Shown here: positions 21,189-29,938 of the stretch, one piece after another
How the letters are laid out: every line of letters starts with the position of its first letter
Numbering within the stretch: the stretch's first letter is position 1
Origin: Peptostreptococcaceae bacterium
GTDB lineage: Bacteria > Bacillota > Clostridia > Peptostreptococcales > Filifactoraceae
Direction of reading: 5' to 3'
Assembly: GCA_030528675.1 (NCBI GenBank)
Contig: JAUMYL010000017.1
Span: forward strand, 6,860 to 70,859
Length of the DNA: 64,000 bases
Position numbers and translations under genes: made by a program
Notes under the pieces: model-generated
Told to the model about the DNA's origin: nothing
Databases searched by the model: none
Seen by the model: the letters and a program-made list of their open reading frames with translations, nothing else

Positions 21189-22067
21189 ATGGGAGGATTT
21201 ATCCAGCAGCTCGTAAACGGTCTGTCGGTGGGCAGCGTCTACGCCCTGATGGCGGTCGGTTACTCGCTGGTCTACAGTATTATGAATTTCTCAAACTTCG
21301 CCCATGGCGGAGTGATCATGATCGGTTCTTATATCGGATTTTTCTGTCTGACCGGACTTCATATGAGTTTTCCGCTGGCTTTTGCGACGGCGGCGGTCGG
21401 AGCGGGTCTTCTTGCGGTGGCGATTGAGCGCATCGCTTACAATCCGCTGCGCAAGAGAAACGCCCCGTTTTTATACTTCATCATCTCGGCGATGGGCGCC
21501 TCCATCTTCCTTGAAAACATCGTCGTAGCGACGATCGGACCGACCTTTCGCACCTATCCGCCGATCTTTTCCCTGACGCCGATCCGGATCGGAACTGTTG
21601 CAATCGGAAGGCTGGATCTTCTGATGTTCGTGATCTCGGCGGTCAGCCTGTCCGCTCTCGTCTATATCATTGAAAAGACGAAGATCGGTCTTGCGATCCG
21701 TGCCACTTCCTACAGTTCCAAGGGAAGCACGCTGATGGGCGTCGACGTCGACAAGGTCATCATCACGATCTTCCTGCTCGGAGGAGTTCTGGCAGGGATC
21801 GCGGGCGTCCTCTTCGGTATGAAGTACACGGTATATCCGCAGATTGGAGGGATCACGATCAAATCCTTTATCGCCGCGGTATTCGGTGGACTGGGAAGTC
21901 TTCCGGGGGCTGTGATCGGCTCGGTGCTTCTCGGAATGATCGAGACCTTCGCCTCGGGGATGATCTCTTCCCAATATCGGGATTTGATTTCCTTTTCCAT
22001 ACTCATACTGATGCTGATCGTCAGACCCAGCGGCATCATGGGTAAGACGACGGAAGACAAAGCGTAG
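21189..22067 (+). CDS. livH: branched-chain amino acid ABC transporter permease (LivH family)
   Basis: 292 aa, 8-10 TM. LivH-type conserved regions. Confidence 0.85.
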   Translation: MGGFIQQLVNGLSVGSVYALMAVGYSLVYSIMNFSNFAHGGVIMIGSYIGFFCLTGLHMSFPLAFATAAVGAGLLAVAIERIAYNPLRKRNAPFLYFIISAMGASIFLENIVVATIGPTFRTYPPIFSLTPIRIGTVAIGRLDLLMFVISAVSLSALVYIIEKTKIGLAIRATSYSSKGSTLMGVDVDKVIITIFLLGGVLAGIAGVLFGMKYTVYPQIGGITIKSFIAAVFGGLGSLPGAVIGSVLLGMIETFASGMISSQYRDLISFSILILMLIVRPSGIMGKTTEDKA

Positions 22068-22084
22068 AAAGGGGAGAGAAAAAG

Positions 22085-22960
22085 ATGAGCCTGTCCTGGT
22101 TTTATGTACAAGGAATTTTGATCCTCGTCGGGATCTATCTGCTTACGGTGCTGGGTCTTTCCCTGCTGACCGGATTCACCGGTCTGTTTTCCTTCGGTCA
22201 TGCGGGTTTCATGGCAATCGGCGCCTATGTGGCGACGATGATGACTGTCAAGGTCGGTCTGCCTTTCATACCGGCGCTGCTCGTCGGCGGGATCGTCGCC
22301 ATGCTTTTCAGTCTGATCATCGGACGCTTCACCCTGAACCTCAAGGGAGACTATTTCTGTATTGCGACCCTCGGTATGGGAGAGGCGATCCGTCTCATCC
22401 TGGACAATGTCGCGTATTTCGGCGGCTCGAGGGGCTGGGCGGAGATTCCTCCGCTGACGAATCTGATGAATGTCCTGATTATTGATATCGTCGCGGTTCT
22501 CGTCATGGTCTTCATCATCCGCTCCCGCCAGGGACGCAATATGATGGCGATCCGCGAAGAGGAGCTCGCTTCCCAGATCGCAGGGATCAATGTCTTCCGC
22601 TACAAGATGATGTCCTTCGGCATCTCGGCTCTCTATGCGGGCGTCGCGGGAGGACTGTTCGCTCATTATATGACCTTTATCCAGCCGGTGATGTTCCATA
22701 TGAACAAGTCGACGGAGCTGACGATCATCGTGATCTTCGGTGGACTGGGAAGCATCACGGGAAGCGTCATCGGGACTCTCGTTCTTGTCTCGCTGCCTGA
22801 GATCTTCCGTGATTTTGCCGAGTGGCGTCTCGTCATCTACGGGATCGCGGTCATCATCATCATGATCAGCCGCCCGAAAGGTCTCATGGGTGGAAAAGAG
22901 TTCAGTCTCCAATTCTTCAAAAGACTCTTTTCCGGCAGAAAGGAGGCGAAGATCCGATGA
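22085..22960 (+). CDS. livM: branched-chain amino acid ABC transporter permease (LivM family)
   Basis: 291 aa polytopic membrane protein immediately after livH. Confidence 0.85.
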   Translation: MSLSWFYVQGILILVGIYLLTVLGLSLLTGFTGLFSFGHAGFMAIGAYVATMMTVKVGLPFIPALLVGGIVAMLFSLIIGRFTLNLKGDYFCIATLGMGEAIRLILDNVAYFGGSRGWAEIPPLTNLMNVLIIDIVAVLVMVFIIRSRQGRNMMAIREEELASQIAGINVFRYKMMSFGISALYAGVAGGLFAHYMTFIQPVMFHMNKSTELTIIVIFGGLGSITGSVIGTLVLVSLPEIFRDFAEWRLVIYGIAVIIIMISRPKGLMGGKEFSLQFFKRLFSGRKEAKIR

Positions 22961-23733
22961 ATGAAGTACTGCGAATGAGCAATGTCACCAAGCGTTTCGG
23001 CGGGCTGACTGCCGTGGATAAGGTGGACTTTACGATCCGTCAGGGGGAGATCTTCGGACTGATCGGTCCCAACGGCGCCGGCAAGACGACGATATTCAAT
23101 CTGATCACCGGCGTCTATGAGCTGAGCGAGGGAGATATCCTCTTCGAAGGGCGGAGCATCACGAAAAAACAGCCCTTTGAGATTGCCAATGCCGGGATCA
23201 CGAGAACCTTCCAGAACATCCGTCTGTTCAAAAACCTGACGACTTACGAAAATGTACTGATCGCCTGCAACAAGTCGGCGACCTACCATATCTTCGACAG
23301 CATCCTGCGCACGCCGAAGTTCCGCAGAGAAGAAAAAGCCCTTGCGAAAAAAGCCGAGGGTCTGCTGGAGATGATGGGTCTGCTGGAGAGAAAAAATCTG
23401 ATCGCGGCCAACCTGCCCTACGGTCTGCAGAGGAGACTGGAGATCGCAAGAGCCCTCGCTCTCAACCCGAAGCTCCTTCTGCTTGACGAGCCGGCGGCGG
23501 GCATGAACCCGGAAGAAACTCTGCAGCTGATGCATCTGATCAAGGACATAAGGGACAAGCTCGATATCACGGTCCTCGTCATCGAACATCATATGGACCT
23601 GATCATGGGAGTCTGCGACAAGATCTATGTACTCAATTTCGGAAAACCGCTCGCATCCGGAACCCCTTCCGAGATCCAGGATAATAAAGCCGTGATTGAA
23701 GCCTATCTTGGAAAGGAGGAGGAAGAAGAATGA
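22957..23733 (+). CDS. livG: branched-chain amino acid ABC transporter ATP-binding protein (LivG family)
   Basis: Internal ATG (MNEVLRMSNVTKRFGGL...) overlapping the livM stop (ATGA), RBS AAAGGAGG. Walker A GPNGAGKTT, signature LPYGLQRRLEIARA. The track ORF start at 22822 is an upstream artefact. Confidence 0.9.
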   Translation: MNEVLRMSNVTKRFGGLTAVDKVDFTIRQGEIFGLIGPNGAGKTTIFNLITGVYELSEGDILFEGRSITKKQPFEIANAGITRTFQNIRLFKNLTTYENVLIACNKSATYHIFDSILRTPKFRREEKALAKKAEGLLEMMGLLERKNLIAANLPYGLQRRLEIARALALNPKLLLLDEPAAGMNPEETLQLMHLIKDIRDKLDITVLVIEHHMDLIMGVCDKIYVLNFGKPLASGTPSEIQDNKAVIEAYLGKEEEEE

Positions 23734-24440
23734 TGCTCAAAGTGGAAAATCTGGATGTGTATTACGGCGGGATCCATGCTCTGCGAGGCGTGTCCATCGA
23801 CGTCAGGGAAGGCGAGGTCGTCTCGATCATCGGCTCCAACGGAGCGGGAAAATCGACCCTGCTCAACTGCATCAGCGGCATCGTAAAGCCCAGGAGCGGA
23901 GAGATTCTCTATAAGGGAGAAAAACTGCCCCGTCAGGCCTACAAGATCGTCAAGGCCGGGATCTGTCAGGTGCCGGAGGGCCGCATCATCTTTGCGAATC
24001 TGACAGTCAAGGAGAACCTCTATATGGGAGCCTATCTCAGGAGCGACAAAGCGAAGATCGAAGAAGACCTGCAGGGCGTCTTTGACCTCTTTCCGAGACT
24101 GAAAGAGCGTATCAATCAGATTGCAGGGACGCTCTCCGGAGGAGAGCAGCAGATGCTGGCGATGGGAAGAGGCGTCATGAGCAGTCCGGATCTGATCCTG
24201 CTGGACGAGCCCTCGCTGGGTCTCGCCCCCCTCTTCATCAGGACGATCTTCGAGATCGTCGAAGAGATCAAAAAGATGGGCAAGACGATATTGCTTGTCG
24301 AGCAGAACGCCTTTAAGGCCCTGTCGATTGCGGACACCGCCTATATCCTCGAACAGGGGGTCGTCACCCTCAAGGGAGAGGCGAAGGATATGCTCAAAGA
24401 TCCGAGGATCCAGGAAGCCTATCTGGGAAAAAAACACTGA
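23730..24440 (+). CDS. livF: branched-chain amino acid ABC transporter ATP-binding protein (LivF family)
   Basis: 236 aa. Walker A GSNGAGKST, signature LSGGEQQMLAMGR. Overlaps the livG stop. Confidence 0.9.
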   Translation: MMLKVENLDVYYGGIHALRGVSIDVREGEVVSIIGSNGAGKSTLLNCISGIVKPRSGEILYKGEKLPRQAYKIVKAGICQVPEGRIIFANLTVKENLYMGAYLRSDKAKIEEDLQGVFDLFPRLKERINQIAGTLSGGEQQMLAMGRGVMSSPDLILLDEPSLGLAPLFIRTIFEIVEEIKKMGKTILLVEQNAFKALSIADTAYILEQGVVTLKGEAKDMLKDPRIQEAYLGKKH

Positions 24441-24490
24441 AAAAATACGGAAGATTCAAGGGGCTGACTCAAAAGCCCTGAAAAAGTGAA

Positions 24491-24541
24491 AAAATGGCTG
24501 AACTCAACAAATGAAGCGTTGAAGTTCAGCCATTTTAATTT
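24491..24541. terminator. bidirectional intrinsic terminator between livF (+) and the lipoprotein gene (-)
   Basis: AAATGGCTGAA-ctcaacaaatgaagcgttgaag-TTCAGCCATTT followed by TAATTTT. A-run on the opposite side. Confidence 0.75.
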
Positions 24542-24586
24542 TCTGATTTCTCTCAAAAACTTACCTTTGGGTTAACCCCTTTCATA

Positions 24587-25543
24587 TCAGTAATTTTCCT
24601 TCCATCCCTGCCAGCGTTGGAAGCTGCCTTCAGGAAAACTGTATTCCGGAGTGAGAAGAGGAAAGCTCAGTTCAGAGAGGTAGTACCAGGGGTCTTCCTC
24701 ATGGAGGGGATTTTTGAGCAGATGAAACTCCTGCGCCGGCATATAGCTTTGCCCGAGCAGGAAGGCGGTATCTCCGGAAGAGTTTTTCGCGATATCGCAG
24801 ACCATGACGCAGTGGCCGGGACTGCCGCCTTGGATGAAGAGATCGCCGGCCCGGATATCGGAAAGAGCGGCGGGAGCGGATTCCTTTTCAAGGGAGAGGG
24901 TGCCGGCGTAGCACATGATCAGGCGGAAGTAGCGGCGGAAGGTCTCGTAAGAATCGTCAAAGGCGGCGGTTTTGCTCCAGCACGTCTCATTTCCGGAAAT
25001 CTGCAGACGCTTGCCCTCACGGTAGGAAGGATAATCCATAAAGAAGCCGTTGGTCAGGTGAAAGGCGATCTCCTCCTGTCTGCCCCGCGACCAGAGGTAT
25101 TCGCAGTAGAGGCGCATGACGGAATCGGCGCACTGCTGCAGGTCTTCGTCTCCGACGTCGAGATCGAAGACGGCGATATGCACATTCTGTCTGTTCTTCT
25201 TCCTGCCGTTGTAGAGCAAGACCGGGCTTTGGTCCGGCTTCAGTTTCCTGTTGCGAAGAAAGAAGAGCAGGGAGGCCTCATCAGCTTCGGGGCGGAAATA
25301 GCCCTCAGGTTCGCGGATGCGCGTCAGCAGAGATTCTCCGGTCGGATTGATAAAGGAGGAGATCTCCTTTTTTGTTTTTTCGTTTTCTTCTGATTTTCCC
25401 TCTGCTTCTTCCATCCCGGCATTTTTTTCGCCCGGGTTTTCCGTCCCGGCTCTCTCTTCTTCCGGAGCGGGTCCCTTCGTCTCCGCCGGTGGATGGCAGG
25501 AGACAAGGAAGAGCAGGAGGAGGAAAAGGACGTATTTTTTCAT
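24587..25543 (-). CDS. hypothetical secreted lipoprotein (acidic low-complexity N-terminal linker, conserved C-terminal domain of unknown function)
   Basis: 318 aa. Lipobox MKKYVLFLLLLFLVSC. Globular C-terminal 250 aa with Cys pairs. No recognisable catalytic motif. Coding-like composition, versus an R/V/G-rich antisense ORF on the + strand. Confidence 0.6.
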   Translation of the reverse strand: MKKYVLFLLLLFLVSCHPPAETKGPAPEEERAGTENPGEKNAGMEEAEGKSEENEKTKKEISSFINPTGESLLTRIREPEGYFRPEADEASLLFFLRNRKLKPDQSPVLLYNGRKKNRQNVHIAVFDLDVGDEDLQQCADSVMRLYCEYLWSRGRQEEIAFHLTNGFFMDYPSYREGKRLQISGNETCWSKTAAFDDSYETFRRYFRLIMCYAGTLSLEKESAPAALSDIRAGDLFIQGGSPGHCVMVCDIAKNSSGDTAFLLGQSYMPAQEFHLLKNPLHEEDPWYYLSELSFPLLTPEYSFPEGSFQRWQGWKENY

Positions 25544-25689
25544 AGGCTTCTCCCTTCTTTCTATATATATTATACCATGCCGTTCCGATCCTCGCCATGC
25601 TTTGAGAGGGATGCAGCGACCTTTGCCGGTGAATTCCTCCTTGGCGTTGTCTCAAGCTAAGATTGCGGATTGACAACTCCTTCCGGCTG

Positions 25690-25704
25690 TGATAGTCTTT
25701 ATCA
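25690..25704 (+). promoter_or_regulatory. Fur-box-like 7-1-7 inverted repeat upstream of feoAB
   Basis: TGATAGTCTTTATCA matches 13/15 of TGATAATnATTATCA. About 90 bp upstream of feoA. Confidence 0.5.
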
Positions 25705-25790
25705 GTAAGGAAGAATCTTCTTTATTATTGAAAAAAGAGACTTAGTAGCGATTAGGAAAAGGTCTCGGTGGAAGATGATGGGAAGATGGT

Positions 25791-26042
25791 TTGCAGTTTA
25801 TGAGAGAGAAGGGTGAGGTTGCAGTGGTATTGTCGGAGGGCAAGGTAGGAAATACCTATAAGGTGGTTCGTGTGGACGGGAAAGAGAAGACGAAGAAGTT
25901 TCTCTTCACCTTAGGTTGTTTTGAAGATGCGGAGGTGACGCTGATCTCAATGTTGTCGGGCAATTATGTCGTCAATATTAAAGACAGCCGATACGCGATT
26001 GATAAGGACATGGCGAAGTTCATTACAGTGGAGCAGGTCTGA
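25791..26042 (+). CDS. feoA: FeoA family ferrous iron transport protein
   Basis: 75-83 aa SH3-like (...GNTYKVVRVDG...LGCFEDAEVTLIS...). TTG at 25791 or ATG at 25800. Confidence 0.8.
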   Translation: MQFMREKGEVAVVLSEGKVGNTYKVVRVDGKEKTKKFLFTLGCFEDAEVTLISMLSGNYVVNIKDSRYAIDKDMAKFITVEQV

Positions 26043-26166
26043 TTTTATCTGCATTTATTTCTGCGGCACTGTCTGAAGGATAAGGGCGGATATTTCATCC
26101 GGGCTCGTCAAAAGCGCCTTTATTCAGGGTGAGTGATTTCAGTATCATTATGTTAGGAGGAACGGA

Positions 26167-28239
26167 ATGAGAATTGCATTGGCGGGAAACCCGAACTCCG
26201 GAAAGACCACGCTTTATAATGCCATTACGGGAAAAAATGAGTATGTGGGAAACTGGGCGGGAGTTACGGTAGCGAAAAAAGAGGCGGATCTCAAGAGCAA
26301 GTACGCGGTCAAGGGCGTGGATGTGCGCATCGTCGATCTGCCGGGAGCCTATTCTATCTCTCCTTTTACGGGAGAAGAAGCGATCACGAGGGATTTCATC
26401 CTTGATGAGAAACCGGATGTGATCATCAATATCGTCGACGGAGCGAACTTCAGCCGAAGTCTTTTTTTTACGACGCAGCTGCTGGAGCTGAATATTCCGG
26501 TGGTCATCGCTCTCAATAAGGGAGATATTCTCGACAAGAGAGGCGACAAAGTTGATTTAAGCAAACTCAGTGATCTGCTCAAATGTTCCGTAGTTGTGAC
26601 GACGGCGACGACAGGAGAGGGATTACATAAGCTGATCGAAAAAGCCATCGAGATCGGACAGGCGGCGGCGGGACAGGCGGCTCCTCAGATCGAGGCGGGT
26701 GCGGATGCGGATCGCGCCAGACAGGCTTATGTGGACGGCGTTATTGAGAAGTCATTGGACAGGAGCAGAGATGCGAGCAAGACGACCAAATCCGATAAGA
26801 TCGACCGCATCGTCGCTCATCCGATCTGGGGAATCCCGATCTTCGCCCTTGTCATGTGGGCGGTTTACTATCTTTCCATGGTCAGCGTCGGACAGCCGGT
26901 GACCGATTATATCAACGATGTGCTCTTCGGAGAGATCGTTCCGAATGCGGCGAACAGCTTCCTGGAGGGACTCGGCGTCAGTCCTTTCCTGCAGGCGCTG
27001 ATCGTCGACGGAGCGATTGCCGGCGTCGGAGCCGTACTCGGCTTCCTTCCGCTGATCATGGTGCTTTTCTTCTGTCTCTCTCTCCTTGAGGACAGCGGAT
27101 ACATGGCTCGTGTCGCCGTGATCATGGACAAGTATTTCAAAAAGATCGGCCTTTCCGGAAAATCGATCATCCCGATGATCGTCGGCACAGGCTGCTCGAT
27201 CCCGGGGGTCATGGCGACCCGTACCATCGAAGATATCAACGAAAAGCGTATGACGACGATGCTTGCGCCTTTCGTTCCCTGCGGAGCGAAACTTCCGATC
27301 ATCGCGATGATCTCGGCAGCTTTCTTCCCGGGAGAGAGCTGGGTGCTTCCCAGCGCCTTTCTGGTATCCTTTGTCGTGATTTTTTTCAGCGGTCTGCTTC
27401 TCAAGCGCATCTTCGTCTGGGAAAACACCTCGCATTTCATTCTGGAGCTCCCGGAATACAAATGGCCGAGCCTCAAGCATGCGGTCGTGCAGATGTTTGA
27501 CAAGGCAAAGGGATTCATCAAGAAAGCGACCAGCATCATCCTTGTCATGAGTACCCTCGTATGGCTGCTGACCAATTATACGCCGTCCTTCCGGGAAGCG
27601 GAAGACAGCAAAGACAGTATGCTTGCAATCGCGGGAAGCGTGCTGGAGCCGATCATGAAGCCTCTCGGATTTGAAGGATGGGAGCTTCCTGCAGCGTCCA
27701 TCAGCGGTTTTGTCGCGAAAGAGGTCGTGGTCTCCACCTTCGAAGTCGTGCTTGGTCTTGCAGAGGAAGAGGAGGAAGCGGCGGAAGAAGAAGCGGCTCC
27801 TGAGGAGGCGGCTGCTCCTGCCGGTGAAGAGGCGGCTGCCGAGGAAGAAGAGCCGGATGAGTTCGAAGTGGCGACAGAGAAGATGGTCGAGTCCGGAAAA
27901 CTCCGTGATCTCTTTGGGGGGCCGGGGCTGATGGCAGCGATTATCGCCTATGCATACCTTGTGTTCAACCTCTTTACACCGCCCTGCTTCGCGGCAATCG
28001 GAGCGATGAACTCGGAGATGGAATCAAGAAGCTGGCTGCTCAAGGCGGTCGCCTTCCAGCTTGGAACAGGATATTTCCTTGCGATGCTCGTCGCACAGAT
28101 AGGAACTCTCCTGCTGACGGGACAGACCGCACCGGGATTCGTCTCCTCGATTTTTGTCTTCATCGCTTTTGTGGCGCTGATTTTCCTGCTGATCAAGAGA
28201 GCGGACAAAAAAAGAGAAGAAATGGGAATAGAAGACTAA
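26167..28239 (+). CDS. feoB: ferrous iron transporter FeoB
   Basis: 690 aa. N-terminal G-domain (GNPNSGKTT, DLPG), GDI domain, polytopic membrane domain with gate motifs. Contains a Glu/Ala-rich insert (about 50 aa). Confidence 0.95.
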   Translation: MRIALAGNPNSGKTTLYNAITGKNEYVGNWAGVTVAKKEADLKSKYAVKGVDVRIVDLPGAYSISPFTGEEAITRDFILDEKPDVIINIVDGANFSRSLFFTTQLLELNIPVVIALNKGDILDKRGDKVDLSKLSDLLKCSVVVTTATTGEGLHKLIEKAIEIGQAAAGQAAPQIEAGADADRARQAYVDGVIEKSLDRSRDASKTTKSDKIDRIVAHPIWGIPIFALVMWAVYYLSMVSVGQPVTDYINDVLFGEIVPNAANSFLEGLGVSPFLQALIVDGAIAGVGAVLGFLPLIMVLFFCLSLLEDSGYMARVAVIMDKYFKKIGLSGKSIIPMIVGTGCSIPGVMATRTIEDINEKRMTTMLAPFVPCGAKLPIIAMISAAFFPGESWVLPSAFLVSFVVIFFSGLLLKRIFVWENTSHFILELPEYKWPSLKHAVVQMFDKAKGFIKKATSIILVMSTLVWLLTNYTPSFREAEDSKDSMLAIAGSVLEPIMKPLGFEGWELPAASISGFVAKEVVVSTFEVVLGLAEEEEEAAEEEAAPEEAAAPAGEEAAAEEEEPDEFEVATEKMVESGKLRDLFGGPGLMAAIIAYAYLVFNLFTPPCFAAIGAMNSEMESRSWLLKAVAFQLGTGYFLAMLVAQIGTLLLTGQTAPGFVSSIFVFIAFVALIFLLIKRADKKREEMGIED

Positions 28240-28310
28240 AAAAGAAAACAGAGGGTATCTATAGGATATAGGTACCCTCCTGCAATTTGTTTGAGGAAAG
28301 GAAGAGGAAA

Positions 28311-28469
28311 ATGGGTGGACTGAATTTACCTACGCTCATCGTCGGTTTGATCTTTGCCGCAATTATTTTCTTTGCCGCAAGAAAGAGTTTTCAAGACGCC
28401 AAGGCCGGAAAATGCGCAAGCTGCAACTGCGGCTGTGAAGAAAAGGCGAAGAAGGACGAGAAGCGATAA
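28311..28469 (+). CDS. FeoB-associated Cys-rich membrane mini-protein
   Basis: 52 aa MGGLNLPTLIVGLIFAAIIFFAARKSFQDAKAGKCASCNCGCEEKAKKDEKR. Single TM plus CxxCxCxC. Positioned directly after feoB as in the named family. Confidence 0.65.
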   Translation: MGGLNLPTLIVGLIFAAIIFFAARKSFQDAKAGKCASCNCGCEEKAKKDEKR

Positions 28470-28548
28470 GAGCTGCTGAGAGAAAGGCTGCCCTAAGCGA
28501 GTATGCGGGCGGTCTTTTTTTATGGGAGAGGAAAAGGGAGGGAAGAAG

Positions 28549-29883
28549 ATGAAGATCAAGACGCCTCAGGCCGTGCATTTTTTGATAGAGAGACTGGAAA
28601 GAGAAGGATGTGAGGCCTATGCAGTCGGCGGCTGTATTCGGGACAGGCTGCTGGGCAGAGAGCCGAAGGACTGGGACGTCTGTACCTCGGCCCACCCTTC
28701 GCGGATCCTTGAGATCTTTTCGGATCTTCCGGTCATTCCGACCGGGATCAAACACGGGACTCTGACTGTGATCGTCGGGGGTCAGCCCTATGAGGTGACG
28801 ACTTTTCGCAAAGACGGGGATTATCAGGACGGAAGGCGTCCCGCGTCTGTGGATTTTGTCGATGCTCTGGAAGAAGATCTCGCGCGCCGGGATTTTCGGA
28901 TCAATGCGATGGCCTATAACGAGAAAAGAGGGCTGCAGGATCCTTTTGGCGGCGGAGAGGATATCGAAAACAAACGCCTGCGCACCGTGGGAAGTCCGGC
29001 GCTCCGCTTTTCTGAGGACTATCTGCGGATGATGCGGGCCGTCCGCTTTGCGGCGGTGCTGGACTTCGAGCCGGAGGAGGAGATGATGGGGCAGATCCGA
29101 AAGCTGGCGCCGAAGATTCGAAGGATCAGCGCCGAGAGGATCCGGCAGGAGCTCCTCGGGATGCTGGACAGCCCGCACAGCCTCCGGGCGATCCGTCTTC
29201 TTGAGGAGTCCGGTCTGCTCCGACAGATCCTTCCCGAGCTTTCCGCCTGTATCGGTGTGGAGCAGAATCACCCCCTGCACGGGAAGGACGTCTATGAGCA
29301 TACGCTGGAAGTGATGGAAAATCTTGGAGAAGCGCCGGTTCTTCTCAAACTTGCCGCCCTCTTCCACGATATCGGAAAACCGAAGACAAAGTCTTCTGAT
29401 GAGAGAGGCGTCGATCGTTTTTACGCCCATGAGCAGGTCGGCGCGCAGATGAGCCGGGAGATCCTGAGCCGCCTGCGCTTTTCCAATGACGAGATCGAGC
29501 GGGTCGCTTCCCTCGTCCTTCACCACGGCTACCGTCCTGAAAGCAGGAGAGCGGCAGTGAAACGCTTTATCCGCAAAGTCGGGAAGGATCGGCTGGACTT
29601 TCTTCTCAAGCTGCAGAGCGCCGATATCCGGGCCCACTGCGGCAGGGAGGATGCTTTGAGGCAACAGGAAGGCCTCCGAGCAATGATCGAAGAGATCCTT
29701 TCCGCGGAAGAGCCGACGGCGATGGGCGATCTTGCCCTGAGCGGGAAGGACCTTCTTGCGATGGGCTATGTTCAGGGGAAGGAGATCGGCCGTATCAAGG
29801 AGAGTCTGATGCAGCATGTTTTAGAGCATCCGGAAGATAATGAGAAAGAGATCCTCAGAAGGATTGTCCGGGAGAGGTTTTAG
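28549..29883 (+). CDS. cca: CCA-adding tRNA nucleotidyltransferase (Pol-beta head + HD domain)
   Basis: Head-domain motif GGCIRDRLLGREPKDWDV...RDFRINAMAY. HD domain ...LFHDIGKP... Internal ATG preferred over the track start at 28522. Confidence 0.88.
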   Translation: MKIKTPQAVHFLIERLEREGCEAYAVGGCIRDRLLGREPKDWDVCTSAHPSRILEIFSDLPVIPTGIKHGTLTVIVGGQPYEVTTFRKDGDYQDGRRPASVDFVDALEEDLARRDFRINAMAYNEKRGLQDPFGGGEDIENKRLRTVGSPALRFSEDYLRMMRAVRFAAVLDFEPEEEMMGQIRKLAPKIRRISAERIRQELLGMLDSPHSLRAIRLLEESGLLRQILPELSACIGVEQNHPLHGKDVYEHTLEVMENLGEAPVLLKLAALFHDIGKPKTKSSDERGVDRFYAHEQVGAQMSREILSRLRFSNDEIERVASLVLHHGYRPESRRAAVKRFIRKVGKDRLDFLLKLQSADIRAHCGREDALRQQEGLRAMIEEILSAEEPTAMGDLALSGKDLLAMGYVQGKEIGRIKESLMQHVLEHPEDNEKEILRRIVRERF

Positions 29884-29938
29884 ACTTTCGGGAAATCTAC
29901 TGTTTCCGCAGACTGTTCGGGGTATATGGAGGGAGGCT

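Noticed and set aside
22822-22956. Upstream extension of livG (track start 22822)
   Set aside because: The 45-aa H/R-rich leader lies inside livM. ATG at 22957 has an RBS and overlaps the livM stop in the typical coupled arrangement.
24617-25393. 258-aa ORF on the + strand
   Set aside because: Antisense to the lipoprotein gene, which has a clean lipobox signal peptide. It is G/A/V-rich.
28363-29817. 484-aa ORF on the - strand
   Set aside because: Antisense to the cca gene (head-domain and HD motifs present on the + strand).
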